Positions 41,647 through 51,445 of a DNA stretch of 64,000 bases are shown in pieces (the first letter of the stretch is position 1; every line of letters starts with the position of its first letter). Both the position numbers and the translations under genes were made by a program. The stretch is from a virus (lineage: Duplodnaviria; Heunggongvirae; Uroviricota; Caudoviricetes): positions 5,703-69,702 of IMG/VR virus record IMGVR_UViG_2579778842_000017. One strand, written 5' to 3'. The notes beneath the pieces were generated by a model that made no database searches, was not told the origin of the DNA, and worked only from the letters and a program-made list of their open reading frames with translations.

Positions 41647-41939
41647 CAGATTACGAAGACGATCAACTGAAAGAAGAAAACGCCCGTAAGCAACGTGACA
41701 TGGCACAGCGTGAAATTGATGACATTCGCTTTGTCATGAGCAGTGAACAGGGGCGTCGCGTTGTCTGGTCTGTGCTGGAGAAAGGCCGTGTGTTTTCCGC
41801 TATCTCTCCGATGGATGCTATGGCAATGGCATTTAATGAGGGGCAACGCAATCTGGCGCTGGAACTGTTTCAGCGCGTTATGGCGCATTGCCCTGAACAG
41901 TATTTGAAGATGGCCAAAGAGGCCAGTGAACAGGAGTGA
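41643..41939 (+). CDS. hypothetical protein
   Basis: 98 aa between portal and scaffold. Confidence 0.4.
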   Translation: MTDYEDDQLKEENARKQRDMAQREIDDIRFVMSSEQGRRVVWSVLEKGRVFSAISPMDAMAMAFNEGQRNLALELFQRVMAHCPEQYLKMAKEASEQE

Positions 41940-42637
41940 TCATGAATTTATTTGAGCGTTTGCTGTATCGCCGTCTTTGCAATGAGCAACCAGTCGATGG
42001 TGGAGCAGCTCCGGCTGCGTCAGAACCATCAGCGCCTGCAGGTGATAACCATGCTCCAGTTGGTGATCCATCACAACAAGAAGGTGATAAGCCGCAACCT
42101 GTTGCTGATGGCGATAAACCTGCTGATGACAAAAAGTCTGAAAGCGATAAGCAGGGTGAAAAAAAGGACGGCGATAAACCGGATGGTGCGCCGGAGAAGT
42201 ACGAGTTTCAGGCTGCCGAAGGCGTAGAGCTGGATACAGAAGCGTTGAAGGAATTCGAGCCGGTGGCGCGAGAACTAAACCTGACCAACGAGCAAGCGCA
42301 AAAGCTGGTTGATGCTTATCCGAAGATTCTGGCAGGTGTTCAGCAGCGCCAGGCAGAAGCCTGGCAGAAAACAACCGAGCAGTGGGCTGCTGATGTAAAA
42401 GCTGACAAAGAAATCGGTGGCGACAAGTTGATTTCTAACCTTAGCGCCGCACAGCGTGCGCTTGACCAGTTCGGGACACCTGAACTCAAAGAATATCTGA
42501 ACACCACCGGGCTGGGTAATCACCCTGATCTGGTCAAAACGTTCGTGAAAATCGGAAAGGCGATGTCTGAAGATGGCATGGTCACCGGTGGTAATGAAGG
42601 CCAGCGTAGTGCGGCCGAAGTGCTCTATGGCAAATAA
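41936..42637 (+). CDS. scaffolding protein (module B)
   Basis: 233 aa, acidic Pro/Asp/Lys-rich N-terminus, helical C-terminus; precedes capsid gene. Confidence 0.55.
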   Translation: MIMNLFERLLYRRLCNEQPVDGGAAPAASEPSAPAGDNHAPVGDPSQQEGDKPQPVADGDKPADDKKSESDKQGEKKDGDKPDGAPEKYEFQAAEGVELDTEALKEFEPVARELNLTNEQAQKLVDAYPKILAGVQQRQAEAWQKTTEQWAADVKADKEIGGDKLISNLSAAQRALDQFGTPELKEYLNTTGLGNHPDLVKTFVKIGKAMSEDGMVTGGNEGQRSAAEVLYGK

Positions 42638-42645
42638 GAGAGGAA

Positions 42646-43638
42646 ATGACAATGGCTGTTAAAGGCTTAACTGCGCTAACGCTGGCTGACTGGGGTAAGC
42701 GCGTCGATCCAAACGGGAAAGTCGATAAGATTATCGAGCTTCTCGGTCAAACTAACCCGATCCTTCAGGATATGCCTTTTGTCGAAGGGAACCTTCCTAC
42801 CGGACACCGAACCACCATTCGTTCTGGTTTACCTTCAGCTACCTGGCGTTTGCTGAACTATGGCGTACAGCCAAGCAAATCAACCACAGTGCAGGTAACC
42901 GATTCCGTTGGCATGCTGGAAACCTATGCTGAAGTCGATAAGTCACTGGCTGATCTGAACGGCAATACCGCCGAATTCCGCCTGTCTGAAGACCGCGCAT
43001 TTATTGAAGCGATGAATCAGCAGATGGCGCAGACGCTATTTTATGGTGATTCCAGCGTTAACCCTCAGCAGTTTATGGGACTGTCCTCCCGCTATTCCAG
43101 CCTGTCTGCGGGTAATGCTCAGAACATCATTGATGCTGGTGGCACGGGTACAGATAACACCTCCATCTGGTTAGTGGTGTGGGGCGAAAACACCGTGCAT
43201 GGCATCTTCCCGAAAGGGCAGAAGGCTGGCATTCAGATGGAAGATAAAGGCCAGGTGACACTGGAAGATGTTAATGGCGGCAAGTACGAAGGCTACCGTA
43301 CCCATTACAAATGGGATAACGGACTTGCTCTGCGTGACTGGCGTTATGTTGTTCGCATTGCAAACATCGATGTCAGCAATCTTTCAGAACCTTCCTCTGC
43401 CGCAAATATTGCGAAGTTGATGGTTAAAGCACTGCATCGCATTCCAAATCGTGGCATGGGTCGCCCGGTGTTCTACATGAACCGCACTGTAGGCCAGGCT
43501 CTTGATCTGCAATCTCTGGAGAAAACATCTCTGGCGATCAGCGTAAAAGAGACAGAAGGCGAGTGGTGGACTTCATTCCGTGGTGTACCAATCCGTGAAA
43601 CTGATGCGCTTCTGGAAACAGAAGCCCGCGTGGTGTAA
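42646..43638 (+). CDS. major capsid protein (module B)
   Basis: 330 aa after scaffold; hairpin GTGGGTC-GTAACA-GACCCAC just downstream. Confidence 0.75.
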   Translation: MTMAVKGLTALTLADWGKRVDPNGKVDKIIELLGQTNPILQDMPFVEGNLPTGHRTTIRSGLPSATWRLLNYGVQPSKSTTVQVTDSVGMLETYAEVDKSLADLNGNTAEFRLSEDRAFIEAMNQQMAQTLFYGDSSVNPQQFMGLSSRYSSLSAGNAQNIIDAGGTGTDNTSIWLVVWGENTVHGIFPKGQKAGIQMEDKGQVTLEDVNGGKYEGYRTHYKWDNGLALRDWRYVVRIANIDVSNLSEPSSAANIAKLMVKALHRIPNRGMGRPVFYMNRTVGQALDLQSLEKTSLAISVKETEGEWWTSFRGVPIRETDALLETEARVV

Positions 43639-43689
43639 CGCCTGTTATTAACCTGTGGGTCGTAACAGACCCACTAATGGAGAAAGAAG

Positions 43690-44127
43690 ATGATCACCGA
43701 CAAACTGTTGATGTTCTCCGAAGCTCAGGCGGTTACGAATACCGCGGCTTCTACTGACGTAATCGATCTCGGTCCAATTGACGGAAAACGTCGTGATATC
43801 GGCGTGGGTTACCCGCTTGAGTTTTGGGCGCTGGTTAACACAGCCGCCGCGGCAAGCGGTAATGCAACTGTAAACATCCAGTTGCAGACGAGTGAGAATA
43901 ACAGCTCATGGACCACTATTTATGATAGTGGCGCACTGGCAAAGACCGCCCTGACAGCAGGTAAACGAGTTGTTTCTGCAAAGGTGCCTGCCGGTGTTCA
44001 GCGATATCTGCGTGTTAACTACTCCGTCGCAACCGGCCCACTAACGGCTGGCGAATTCACTGCTGGTATCAGTCTTGATGTTGATGCCAATACGCCGTAT
44101 CCGATCCGCTCAAAAGTAACTGGTTAA
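43690..44127 (+). CDS. virion-associated hypothetical protein
   Basis: 145 aa, position after capsid gene. Confidence 0.45.
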   Translation: MITDKLLMFSEAQAVTNTAASTDVIDLGPIDGKRRDIGVGYPLEFWALVNTAAAASGNATVNIQLQTSENNSSWTTIYDSGALAKTALTAGKRVVSAKVPAGVQRYLRVNYSVATGPLTAGEFTAGISLDVDANTPYPIRSKVTG

Positions 44128-44128
44128 G

Positions 44129-44473
44129 GTGATATCGATGTCAGGTGAGAAACCAAGATACCGCGTTCTGCGCCTCTCTCATATCCATAACACTCTGTGG
44201 CCGGAGGGGGCAGAAATCGAATACGAAGGTGAGCCTGGTAGCGCACTGGAACCTGTTAACGATGCAGCCAGACAGGCAAAAGCAAAAGTTGCAGGAAAGG
44301 TGTCAATGGCAGCAACCAGCACCAAAATCATCAACGATGTGTCAGATGATGATGAACTGGATAAGCTCCGTGAAGAGTACGAATTGCTCTTTAACGAGAA
44401 GCCACACCATAACGCCAAAGCCGAAACGCTCCGCGAGAAGATCGCAGATAAGCGTAAAGAACTGGGCGTGTAA
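44129..44473 (+). CDS. hypothetical protein
   Basis: 114 aa. Confidence 0.4.
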   Translation: MISMSGEKPRYRVLRLSHIHNTLWPEGAEIEYEGEPGSALEPVNDAARQAKAKVAGKVSMAATSTKIINDVSDDDELDKLREEYELLFNEKPHHNAKAETLREKIADKRKELGV

Positions 44474-44490
44474 GCCTCGCGAATCAGACA

Positions 44491-44510
44491 AGGGGCTTCG
44501 GCCCCTTTAT
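44491..44510 (+). terminator. intrinsic terminator after the capsid gene block
   Basis: AGGGGC-TTCG-GCCCCT hairpin followed by TTAT. Confidence 0.5.
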
Positions 44511-44517
44511 TGCAGGA

Positions 44518-44847
44518 GTGTATATGGAACTCGTAAACCTCAAAACCGGCACTGACAGCTACCAGGATGAGAGCGGAGAAACCAGAACTCGCGATGAATA
44601 CCCGTGGGGGCTGTGCATCACTCTTAATAACGACACATTGAATAAGCTGAAGGCGCAACCTCAGGGCGTCGGAACAGAAGTGATGATAACTGCAAAGGCT
44701 GTTATTCGAGGCCTGTCTGCCAGAGAAACTGACGATGGTGTTAATCGCAGCGCCGATCTGCAGATCACTGATATGGCGATCGCTCCTGTTTCCAGGGATG
44801 TAGAAAAATCAGCGGCTGAAACTCTGTACGGTAACGGAGGTGAGTGA
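44518..44847 (+). CDS. hypothetical protein
   Basis: 109 aa. Confidence 0.4.
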   Translation: MYMELVNLKTGTDSYQDESGETRTRDEYPWGLCITLNNDTLNKLKAQPQGVGTEVMITAKAVIRGLSARETDDGVNRSADLQITDMAIAPVSRDVEKSAAETLYGNGGE

Positions 44848-45452
44848 TGGCCTCTGTAGTAGAGATCTGTAATCGTGCGCTGTCCAATATTGGCAACAGC
44901 CGCAGTATTAACAGCCTGACGGAAGCCAGCAAGGAAGCGGGTGAATGTTCGCTGCACTTTGAGGCCTGCCGTGATGCTGTTCTTTCTGATTTTGACTGGA
45001 ACTTTGCTACCAAACGCGTGGCGCTTGCAGATACGAGCAATCCACCGCCTGACTGGGAATATGCGTACCAGTACCCGTCCGATTGTCTGCGCATTACTGA
45101 AATTATGCTTCCTGGTGTACGCAATCCAACAGCAGCAATGCGCGTTCAGTACGAAGTTGGTGCAGACACCAACGGAACAGGAAAGTTGATCTACACAGAC
45201 CAGCCGCAGGCATGGCTCAAGTATGTCTCTCGCGTTTCAGATGTGAACATGTTTGATGCCATTTTTATGGAGGCGTTGGCCTGGCGTCTTGCGGCAGCTA
45301 TTAACATGGCGCTGACTGGGAATGCAGACCTCGGTACGTTTGCCCTCAATATGTACAATCGCGTGATTCTTAGTGCTGGCTCGCATAGCCAGAATGAATC
45401 ACAGGAACCACAGCCACCGGTTGACGAGTTTACCATTGCGAGGTTGTCCTGA
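44844..45452 (+). CDS. tail tubular protein A-like (T7 gp11-like)
   Basis: 202 aa; N-terminal pattern ICNRALSNIGNSRSINSL resembles the gp11 N-terminus; precedes gp12-like gene. Confidence 0.5.
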   Translation: MMASVVEICNRALSNIGNSRSINSLTEASKEAGECSLHFEACRDAVLSDFDWNFATKRVALADTSNPPPDWEYAYQYPSDCLRITEIMLPGVRNPTAAMRVQYEVGADTNGTGKLIYTDQPQAWLKYVSRVSDVNMFDAIFMEALAWRLAAAINMALTGNADLGTFALNMYNRVILSAGSHSQNESQEPQPPVDEFTIARLS

Positions 45453-47923
45453 TGGCTATCAGTTGGATCCAGCCCAGCTTTGCCGGTGGTGAGATTGGAC
45501 CGTCGTTGTACGGTCGTATCGACATGGCGAAGTACCAGGTGGCATTGCGCAAGTGCGATAACTTTATCGTGCGGCAGTATGGCGGCGTTGAGAATCGACC
45601 TGGTACGCGTTTTGTCGGTGCCGCCAAATACCCAAATCGGAAATGCCGCCTAATCCCGTTCCAGTTCTCGACGGTTCAGACTTATGCTCTGGAGTTCGGA
45701 CACCAGTACATGCGCGTTATCAAAGATGGTGCGTTGGTGCTGAACAGCAGCAATGTTATTTATGAAATTGCCACGCCATATACTGAAGCCGATCTGTTCC
45801 GAATTAAATTCACGCAAAGCGCAGACGTGCTTACGCTGGTTCATCCGGCATACCCGCCGAAAGAGTTGCGCCGCTATGCGCATGACAACTGGCAACTGGT
45901 TGATGTGGTAACGAAGAACGGGCCATTTGAAGATATCAATATTGACGAGTCAGTGACGGTTTATGCCAGCGCCAGCACCGGGACAATTACGTTAACGGCA
46001 AGCGCCTCAATTTTTGGCGCGGAGCAGGTAGGCAAATTGTTCTATCTGGAACAGCCTGCAGTGGATTCTGTGCCGGTATGGGAAACCAGTAAGAGTACGT
46101 CGATTGGCGATATTCGCCGTGCAGACAGTAACTACTATCGCGCCGTTACAGCAGGCAAAACAGGCACTTTGCGCCCTTCGCATACAGAAGGCACATCATG
46201 GGATGGCTGGGGCGGATCCGGTGATGATGATACCGGCATTGAGTGGGAGTATCTGCACAGTGGTTTTGGCATTGCCCGTATCTCTGCTGCAAATGGAACT
46301 ACTGCAACTGCCGAGGTGATTTCCTATATCCCTTCGCAGGTAGTTGGCGAGGATAATGCCAGCTATAAATGGGCTAAATATGCCTGGGACAGTATTAACG
46401 GTTATCCTGGCACTGTTGTTTATTATCAACAACGCCTTTACTTCGCCGCATCGACTGCGTTCCCTCAGACTATCTGGGCCAGCCGTACCGGGGATTATAA
46501 GGATTTTGGCAAAAGCAATCCTACGCAGGATGACGACAGAATTATCTACACCTATGCCGGGCGTCAGGTTAATGAGATCCGTCACCTGATTGATGTTGGT
46601 TCGCTGGTGGCGCTGACTTCCGGAGGTGAGTACGTCATCACTGGCGACCAGAACAAAGTGCTTGCCCCATCATCATTTGCATTCAGCTCTCAGGGATCAA
46701 ATGGCTCGAGCAATGTCCCACCAATTGCCGTGGCGAATATTGCTCTGTTCGTCCAGGAGAAAGGCAGTGTTGTCCGTGATCTGGCCTACTCATTCGATGT
46801 TGACGGCTATCAGGGGAACGACCTGACCATCCTTGCCAATCATCTTTTTCAGAAGCACAGCATTGTTGACTGGTGCTTCTCGATTGTCCCTTACTCCAGC
46901 GCCTTCTGCATTCGTGATGACGGTAAATTACTGGTGATGACCTATTTGCGTGATCAGCAGGTTTTTGCATGGGCACCACAATCCAGTACCGGAAAATATG
47001 AAAGCACATGCAGTATCAGCGAAGGCAATGAAGATGCGGTGTATTTCGTCGTTAACCGAACCGTTAACGGGCAAACAGTGAGATACATCGAGCGGCTGTC
47101 CAGCCGTTTATTTACCAGCGATGAAGATGCTTTCTTTGTTGATTCTGGCCTTAGCTATGATGGAAGAAATACGTCTGACAGAACGATGACCATCACTGGT
47201 GGTTCTGGTGAATGGGATTACCGTGCGGAATATACAATCAGTGTTTCTGGTGGTGCGTACTTCACCAGTAGTGATGTCGGCGCGCAACTACAGTTCCCTT
47301 ATACCGGAACTGATCCTGGTACTGGCGATGAAGTGTCAAAAGAATTACGTTGCGACATTATTTCTGTAACCAGCAATACCGCTGTAGTGGTTCGTGCTAA
47401 CAGGAACGTCCCGCCATCCCTCAGGAATGTGGCCACCACGAACTGGCAGATGGCGCGCCGGACATTTGGAGGCCTGTCTCATCTTGAAGGCCAGACCGTA
47501 AACATTCTCTCTGATGCGAACGTGGAACCACAGAAAGTAGTTTCCGGAGGTGCCGTCACGCTGGAATCTCCGGGGGCTGTAGTGCACATCGGCCTGCCAA
47601 TAACTGCTGAATTCGAAACACTGGATATCAACATTAACGGACAGGAAACGCTGCTGGACAAAAAACAGGTGATCCCGTCCGTTACTCTGGTTGTGAATGC
47701 CAGCCGCGGCATCTGGGCGACTACGCCTGGCGGTAAATGGTACGAATATCCACAGCGTGAATTCGAGTTCTACGATGATCCTGTTGATGATGCTACCGGA
47801 AAAGTAGAAGTGAAACTGGACAGTAACTGGGGCAAAAACGGACGTGTAAAAATCCGTCAGCTTGACCCGTTGCCGCTGTCTGTTCTTGCCGTTATTCCTC
47901 GCCTTACTGTTGGGGGATTCTGA
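45452..47923 (+). CDS. tail tubular protein B-like (T7 gp12-like)
   Basis: 823 aa versus about 794 aa for T7 gp12. Confidence 0.55.
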   Translation: MAISWIQPSFAGGEIGPSLYGRIDMAKYQVALRKCDNFIVRQYGGVENRPGTRFVGAAKYPNRKCRLIPFQFSTVQTYALEFGHQYMRVIKDGALVLNSSNVIYEIATPYTEADLFRIKFTQSADVLTLVHPAYPPKELRRYAHDNWQLVDVVTKNGPFEDINIDESVTVYASASTGTITLTASASIFGAEQVGKLFYLEQPAVDSVPVWETSKSTSIGDIRRADSNYYRAVTAGKTGTLRPSHTEGTSWDGWGGSGDDDTGIEWEYLHSGFGIARISAANGTTATAEVISYIPSQVVGEDNASYKWAKYAWDSINGYPGTVVYYQQRLYFAASTAFPQTIWASRTGDYKDFGKSNPTQDDDRIIYTYAGRQVNEIRHLIDVGSLVALTSGGEYVITGDQNKVLAPSSFAFSSQGSNGSSNVPPIAVANIALFVQEKGSVVRDLAYSFDVDGYQGNDLTILANHLFQKHSIVDWCFSIVPYSSAFCIRDDGKLLVMTYLRDQQVFAWAPQSSTGKYESTCSISEGNEDAVYFVVNRTVNGQTVRYIERLSSRLFTSDEDAFFVDSGLSYDGRNTSDRTMTITGGSGEWDYRAEYTISVSGGAYFTSSDVGAQLQFPYTGTDPGTGDEVSKELRCDIISVTSNTAVVVRANRNVPPSLRNVATTNWQMARRTFGGLSHLEGQTVNILSDANVEPQKVVSGGAVTLESPGAVVHIGLPITAEFETLDININGQETLLDKKQVIPSVTLVVNASRGIWATTPGGKWYEYPQREFEFYDDPVDDATGKVEVKLDSNWGKNGRVKIRQLDPLPLSVLAVIPRLTVGGF

Positions 47924-48387
47924 TGATCGATGTTCAAATTATTCCCGCAACCGAAGAGCATCTTCAGATGATTTTGCCGGATGTTCGTCAGGCTGATATT
48001 GACGAACTGTATGCGGTATCACTGATGACTACCGAAGATGCGCTGCGTGTTGGTCTGCGTACTGCGACTATGGCCTGGTCAGGATTTGCGAACGGAGAAC
48101 TGGTAACCATGTTTGGCGTATCTCCGGCGTCAATGATCGGTGGCAATGGTACGCCCTGGCTGGTAGGAACCAGCCGTATTGAAAAATATCAGAAGACATT
48201 TCTGCGCCACTGCCGCCCTGTATTGCAGCAGATGCTGGCAGTTTATCCGCGCCTGGAAAACTACGTCGACGAGCGAAACCATGTTGCCAAAGCATGGCTG
48301 CACTGGCTTGGATTCAGGCTTGAAGAAGCCGCGCCTTATGGTGCTCTTGGTCTTAATTTCCACAGATTTCACATGGAGAGAAAATAA
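47923..48387 (+). CDS. internal virion protein (gp13-like position)
   Basis: 154 aa, synteny only. Confidence 0.4.
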   Translation: MIDVQIIPATEEHLQMILPDVRQADIDELYAVSLMTTEDALRVGLRTATMAWSGFANGELVTMFGVSPASMIGGNGTPWLVGTSRIEKYQKTFLRHCRPVLQQMLAVYPRLENYVDERNHVAKAWLHWLGFRLEEAAPYGALGLNFHRFHMERK

Positions 48388-48932
48388 TGTGCGATCCGGT
48401 TATTGCTGGTGGCGCAATGCTCGCCATGAGTGGCATTCAGGCATACACCCAGTACCAACAGGGAAAGTATGTCTCGAAGGTTGCAGAAGCGAACGCAGAT
48501 ATAGCCACAGCTCAGGCAAATGATGCAATAAACAGAGGTAACGCTGAAGCTGAGCAACGGCGCAGAGAGACCCGACAGCGGCTTGGTACACAGGCGGCGA
48601 CAATGGGGGCTACCGGCGCTGATTTATCTACAGGTAACGCGCTGGATATATTTGGCGACACTGCCCAGTTTGGCGCTCTTGATTCGCTGACGACGGTGAA
48701 TAACGCGCAACGCGAGGCTTACGGTTATCAGGTTCAGGCTGCCAACTATAAAGCAGAAGCCAGTTCAGCCCGTAAACAGGGGAATGTGGGAGCAGCAACA
48801 ACATTGCTCACCGCGCCTCTGAAGGCATACGGTGCGTACCAGATGTTTGGTGGGACGTGGAGTCCGTTTACTCAAAGCACTCCTGCGCCAATCGGGGCAG
48901 CAGCAGGAACCAGATTACCCGGAGGATTATAA
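48387..48932 (+). CDS. internal virion protein (gp14-like position)
   Basis: 181 aa, Ala/Gly/Gln-rich. Confidence 0.45.
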   Translation: MCDPVIAGGAMLAMSGIQAYTQYQQGKYVSKVAEANADIATAQANDAINRGNAEAEQRRRETRQRLGTQAATMGATGADLSTGNALDIFGDTAQFGALDSLTTVNNAQREAYGYQVQAANYKAEASSARKQGNVGAATTLLTAPLKAYGAYQMFGGTWSPFTQSTPAPIGAAAGTRLPGGL

Positions 48933-51445
48933 TGCCAGTCGTACCAACAGTATCCGGACGTCAGGTTGAGAGCCGTGGAGTTCAGTCAGCAGGCTTGCAG
49001 ACGTTTTCTCAGCCAGGTATTGGTGATGCTTTTGTTCGGGCAGGGACAGAGGCAATTGATGTTTTGGGGCAGGCAAAACAGCGTGCCAATATCGCTCTGG
49101 CTCAGGAGGCATCTCTTAACCTCAGTCAGATAAGCAGCGATCTGCTGAATAATCCTGAAACAGGATTGCTTAACCTGAAAGGGAAAAATGCTATTGGAAA
49201 AGGCCATGAGTATACGCAGCAGTTTGATGCTCAGGTCGAACAACTGGCTATGTCGCTGCCGGATGAACAGGCTCGTAATGCTTTCATGCAGCAGGCGCAG
49301 CAGCAGCGCATTCAGTTCACTACGCAGGCCGGGCGACACGAGATAGGGCAAATTAATGCCTACGAAGAAGGCCAGTTTCAGGCGACACTGCTGAACAATG
49401 GTAAAAATGCCGCAGCATTGTATGGCGACAACGCCGCATACGTATTGGCTAACAAGCAAACTTTCCAGCAAATTGAGGAGTACGGTGTTGCACATGGCTG
49501 GAGCAACGAGCAAATCCAGGCCAAGAAAATCGAGTTTAAAGAGAAGGTTGCTGATGCTGCATTGTCCCAGTGGTCGGCAAACAATGCGACCGCATTCATC
49601 CAAAGTAATGGCGAGTTAAGTGATACTGCTGCTGGAGCTCGCCGTGCTGTAGCAGATAGTGACTCTTCCGAGCGTGCCCGTGGCATACGCAACAATAACC
49701 CAGGAAATCTCGAATACAGCAAAACTAATCCGTGGGTAGGCCAGACCGGTGATGATGGTCGATTTGCTAAATTCGAAACACCTGAACACGGGATTCGTGC
49801 ATTAGGGCGGAACCTGATGTCGTATCAGAGGCAGGGTATTGATACTGTCAGCGAGATAATTAATCGCTGGGCACCGCCTGCTGATAAAAATGACACTATG
49901 TCGTATATCAAAGCAGTGTGCGAACAACTTGGCGTTTCTGCTGATGAGCCTCTCGATGCATCTAATCCTGATACCCTGAAGGCGCTTTGTGCAGCCATTA
50001 TCCATCATGAGAACGGTAGCCAGCCATACAGTGATCAGCAGTTAACTGCTGGTGTCAGTGCAGCACTTGGTTTATCAACAATTCCAACCAACACCAAACG
50101 CTATACCGGTAATGCAGCATTCGATGCGGCATCTCCTGAGGCGCAGGCAAGTTTTATGCGACAGGCGGATCAACTGCGTCGGCAGCAGCAGGCTGAATAT
50201 AAAACGATGATTGACAGCCAGGTTCGCGATGCGACAGCTGCGTATATGCGTGGCGTTGAATTTCCTAACCCACCTGGTGAGGCTGATTTTATTGCAGCTT
50301 ATGGAGTAAGAGAAGGAAACCTGCGATATACCGAGTTCAGAAATACGCAAATCGCCGGACAGTATATAGGCTCTTTCCGCAACATGCCGACAAGCAGCAT
50401 TACAGCATATGTTGAGCAATTACGCCCGGATACTGGTGAGACAGGGGAGGGTTATGCGGCACGAGCCGCTCTTTATGACAACGTTGTGTCGGCTGCAAGT
50501 CAGGTGATAAAGCAGCGACAGGCTGATCCTGTACAGTTCTCTCTTGCCGCCGGACAGGCAAAGCCTATCGACATGAGCAATAAGGATAACTTTGGACAGA
50601 GCGTTGCCTTGCGTGCTGCTCAGGTCAGTGACCTTGCTAAGTCATATGGCACTCCACTGACGTTCTTTTCCAAAGACGAGGCCAATCAGATCGGTGTTTT
50701 CTTTCGTGATGCTCCAGTTTCCCAACAGGCAGCATATCTCGACACCATCAGGCAGAGCACTGGTGGTGGGCAGGTGTATATGTCAGCACTACAGCAGATC
50801 AGTGCCAACGCTCCATCTGCTGCCGTTGCCGGGATACTGATGGATAAGCCTGGTGGTATTTTGGCAGAAAAAAACTGGTTTAATCCGGATGTTTCCGTGT
50901 CTCCTGAAACCGCTGCGCAGACAATTCTTGCTGGCGCGGCGGCTCGTAAAGGTACTGATGATGCGAAAGGTATTCCGATGCCTAAAGATGCTGATCTTCG
51001 CCTTGAGTTTTCTGACATGGTGAAGGATGCATTTGCTGGTGACGCTCATGGGGCATCAATGGCATACGAGATCGCAAAGGATTATTACGCTGGTGTGATG
51101 GCGAAAAAAGGCGTGGTATCAGGAGAAATTGACAATGATGTCTGGAAACAGGCTGTTAACGTAGCTACAGGTGGCGTGCATGACTATAACGGAATGGGGA
51201 ATGTCCTTTTGCCGTGGGGAATGTCTGCAGAGCAATTCGATAAGCAGGTTAATCAGGCTTGGAATGAACAAGTTGTCGGCTCCGGGATAAAAACACCGCC
51301 TGGTCAGTATGGTTTGCAAAGTTACGGCGATAGTCAGTACCTGGTGAAACTTGGTACTGGTTATCTGCTGAAAGATGATGGTTCTCCCGTTGTTCTTAAT
51401 CTGACACAGAAGCGTCAGAGATTCTCCGGAGATATTCCGCAATGA
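48932..51445 (+). CDS. internal core protein (gp15-like position)
   Basis: Start refined to MPVVPTVSG... (TAATG overlap); about 838 aa; segment RGIRNNNPGNLEYS...WVGQTGDDGRFAKF may be a cell-wall-active domain. Confidence 0.5.
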   Translation: MPVVPTVSGRQVESRGVQSAGLQTFSQPGIGDAFVRAGTEAIDVLGQAKQRANIALAQEASLNLSQISSDLLNNPETGLLNLKGKNAIGKGHEYTQQFDAQVEQLAMSLPDEQARNAFMQQAQQQRIQFTTQAGRHEIGQINAYEEGQFQATLLNNGKNAAALYGDNAAYVLANKQTFQQIEEYGVAHGWSNEQIQAKKIEFKEKVADAALSQWSANNATAFIQSNGELSDTAAGARRAVADSDSSERARGIRNNNPGNLEYSKTNPWVGQTGDDGRFAKFETPEHGIRALGRNLMSYQRQGIDTVSEIINRWAPPADKNDTMSYIKAVCEQLGVSADEPLDASNPDTLKALCAAIIHHENGSQPYSDQQLTAGVSAALGLSTIPTNTKRYTGNAAFDAASPEAQASFMRQADQLRRQQQAEYKTMIDSQVRDATAAYMRGVEFPNPPGEADFIAAYGVREGNLRYTEFRNTQIAGQYIGSFRNMPTSSITAYVEQLRPDTGETGEGYAARAALYDNVVSAASQVIKQRQADPVQFSLAAGQAKPIDMSNKDNFGQSVALRAAQVSDLAKSYGTPLTFFSKDEANQIGVFFRDAPVSQQAAYLDTIRQSTGGGQVYMSALQQISANAPSAAVAGILMDKPGGILAEKNWFNPDVSVSPETAAQTILAGAAARKGTDDAKGIPMPKDADLRLEFSDMVKDAFAGDAHGASMAYEIAKDYYAGVMAKKGVVSGEIDNDVWKQAVNVATGGVHDYNGMGNVLLPWGMSAEQFDKQVNQAWNEQVVGSGIKTPPGQYGLQSYGDSQYLVKLGTGYLLKDDGSPVVLNLTQKRQRFSGDIPQ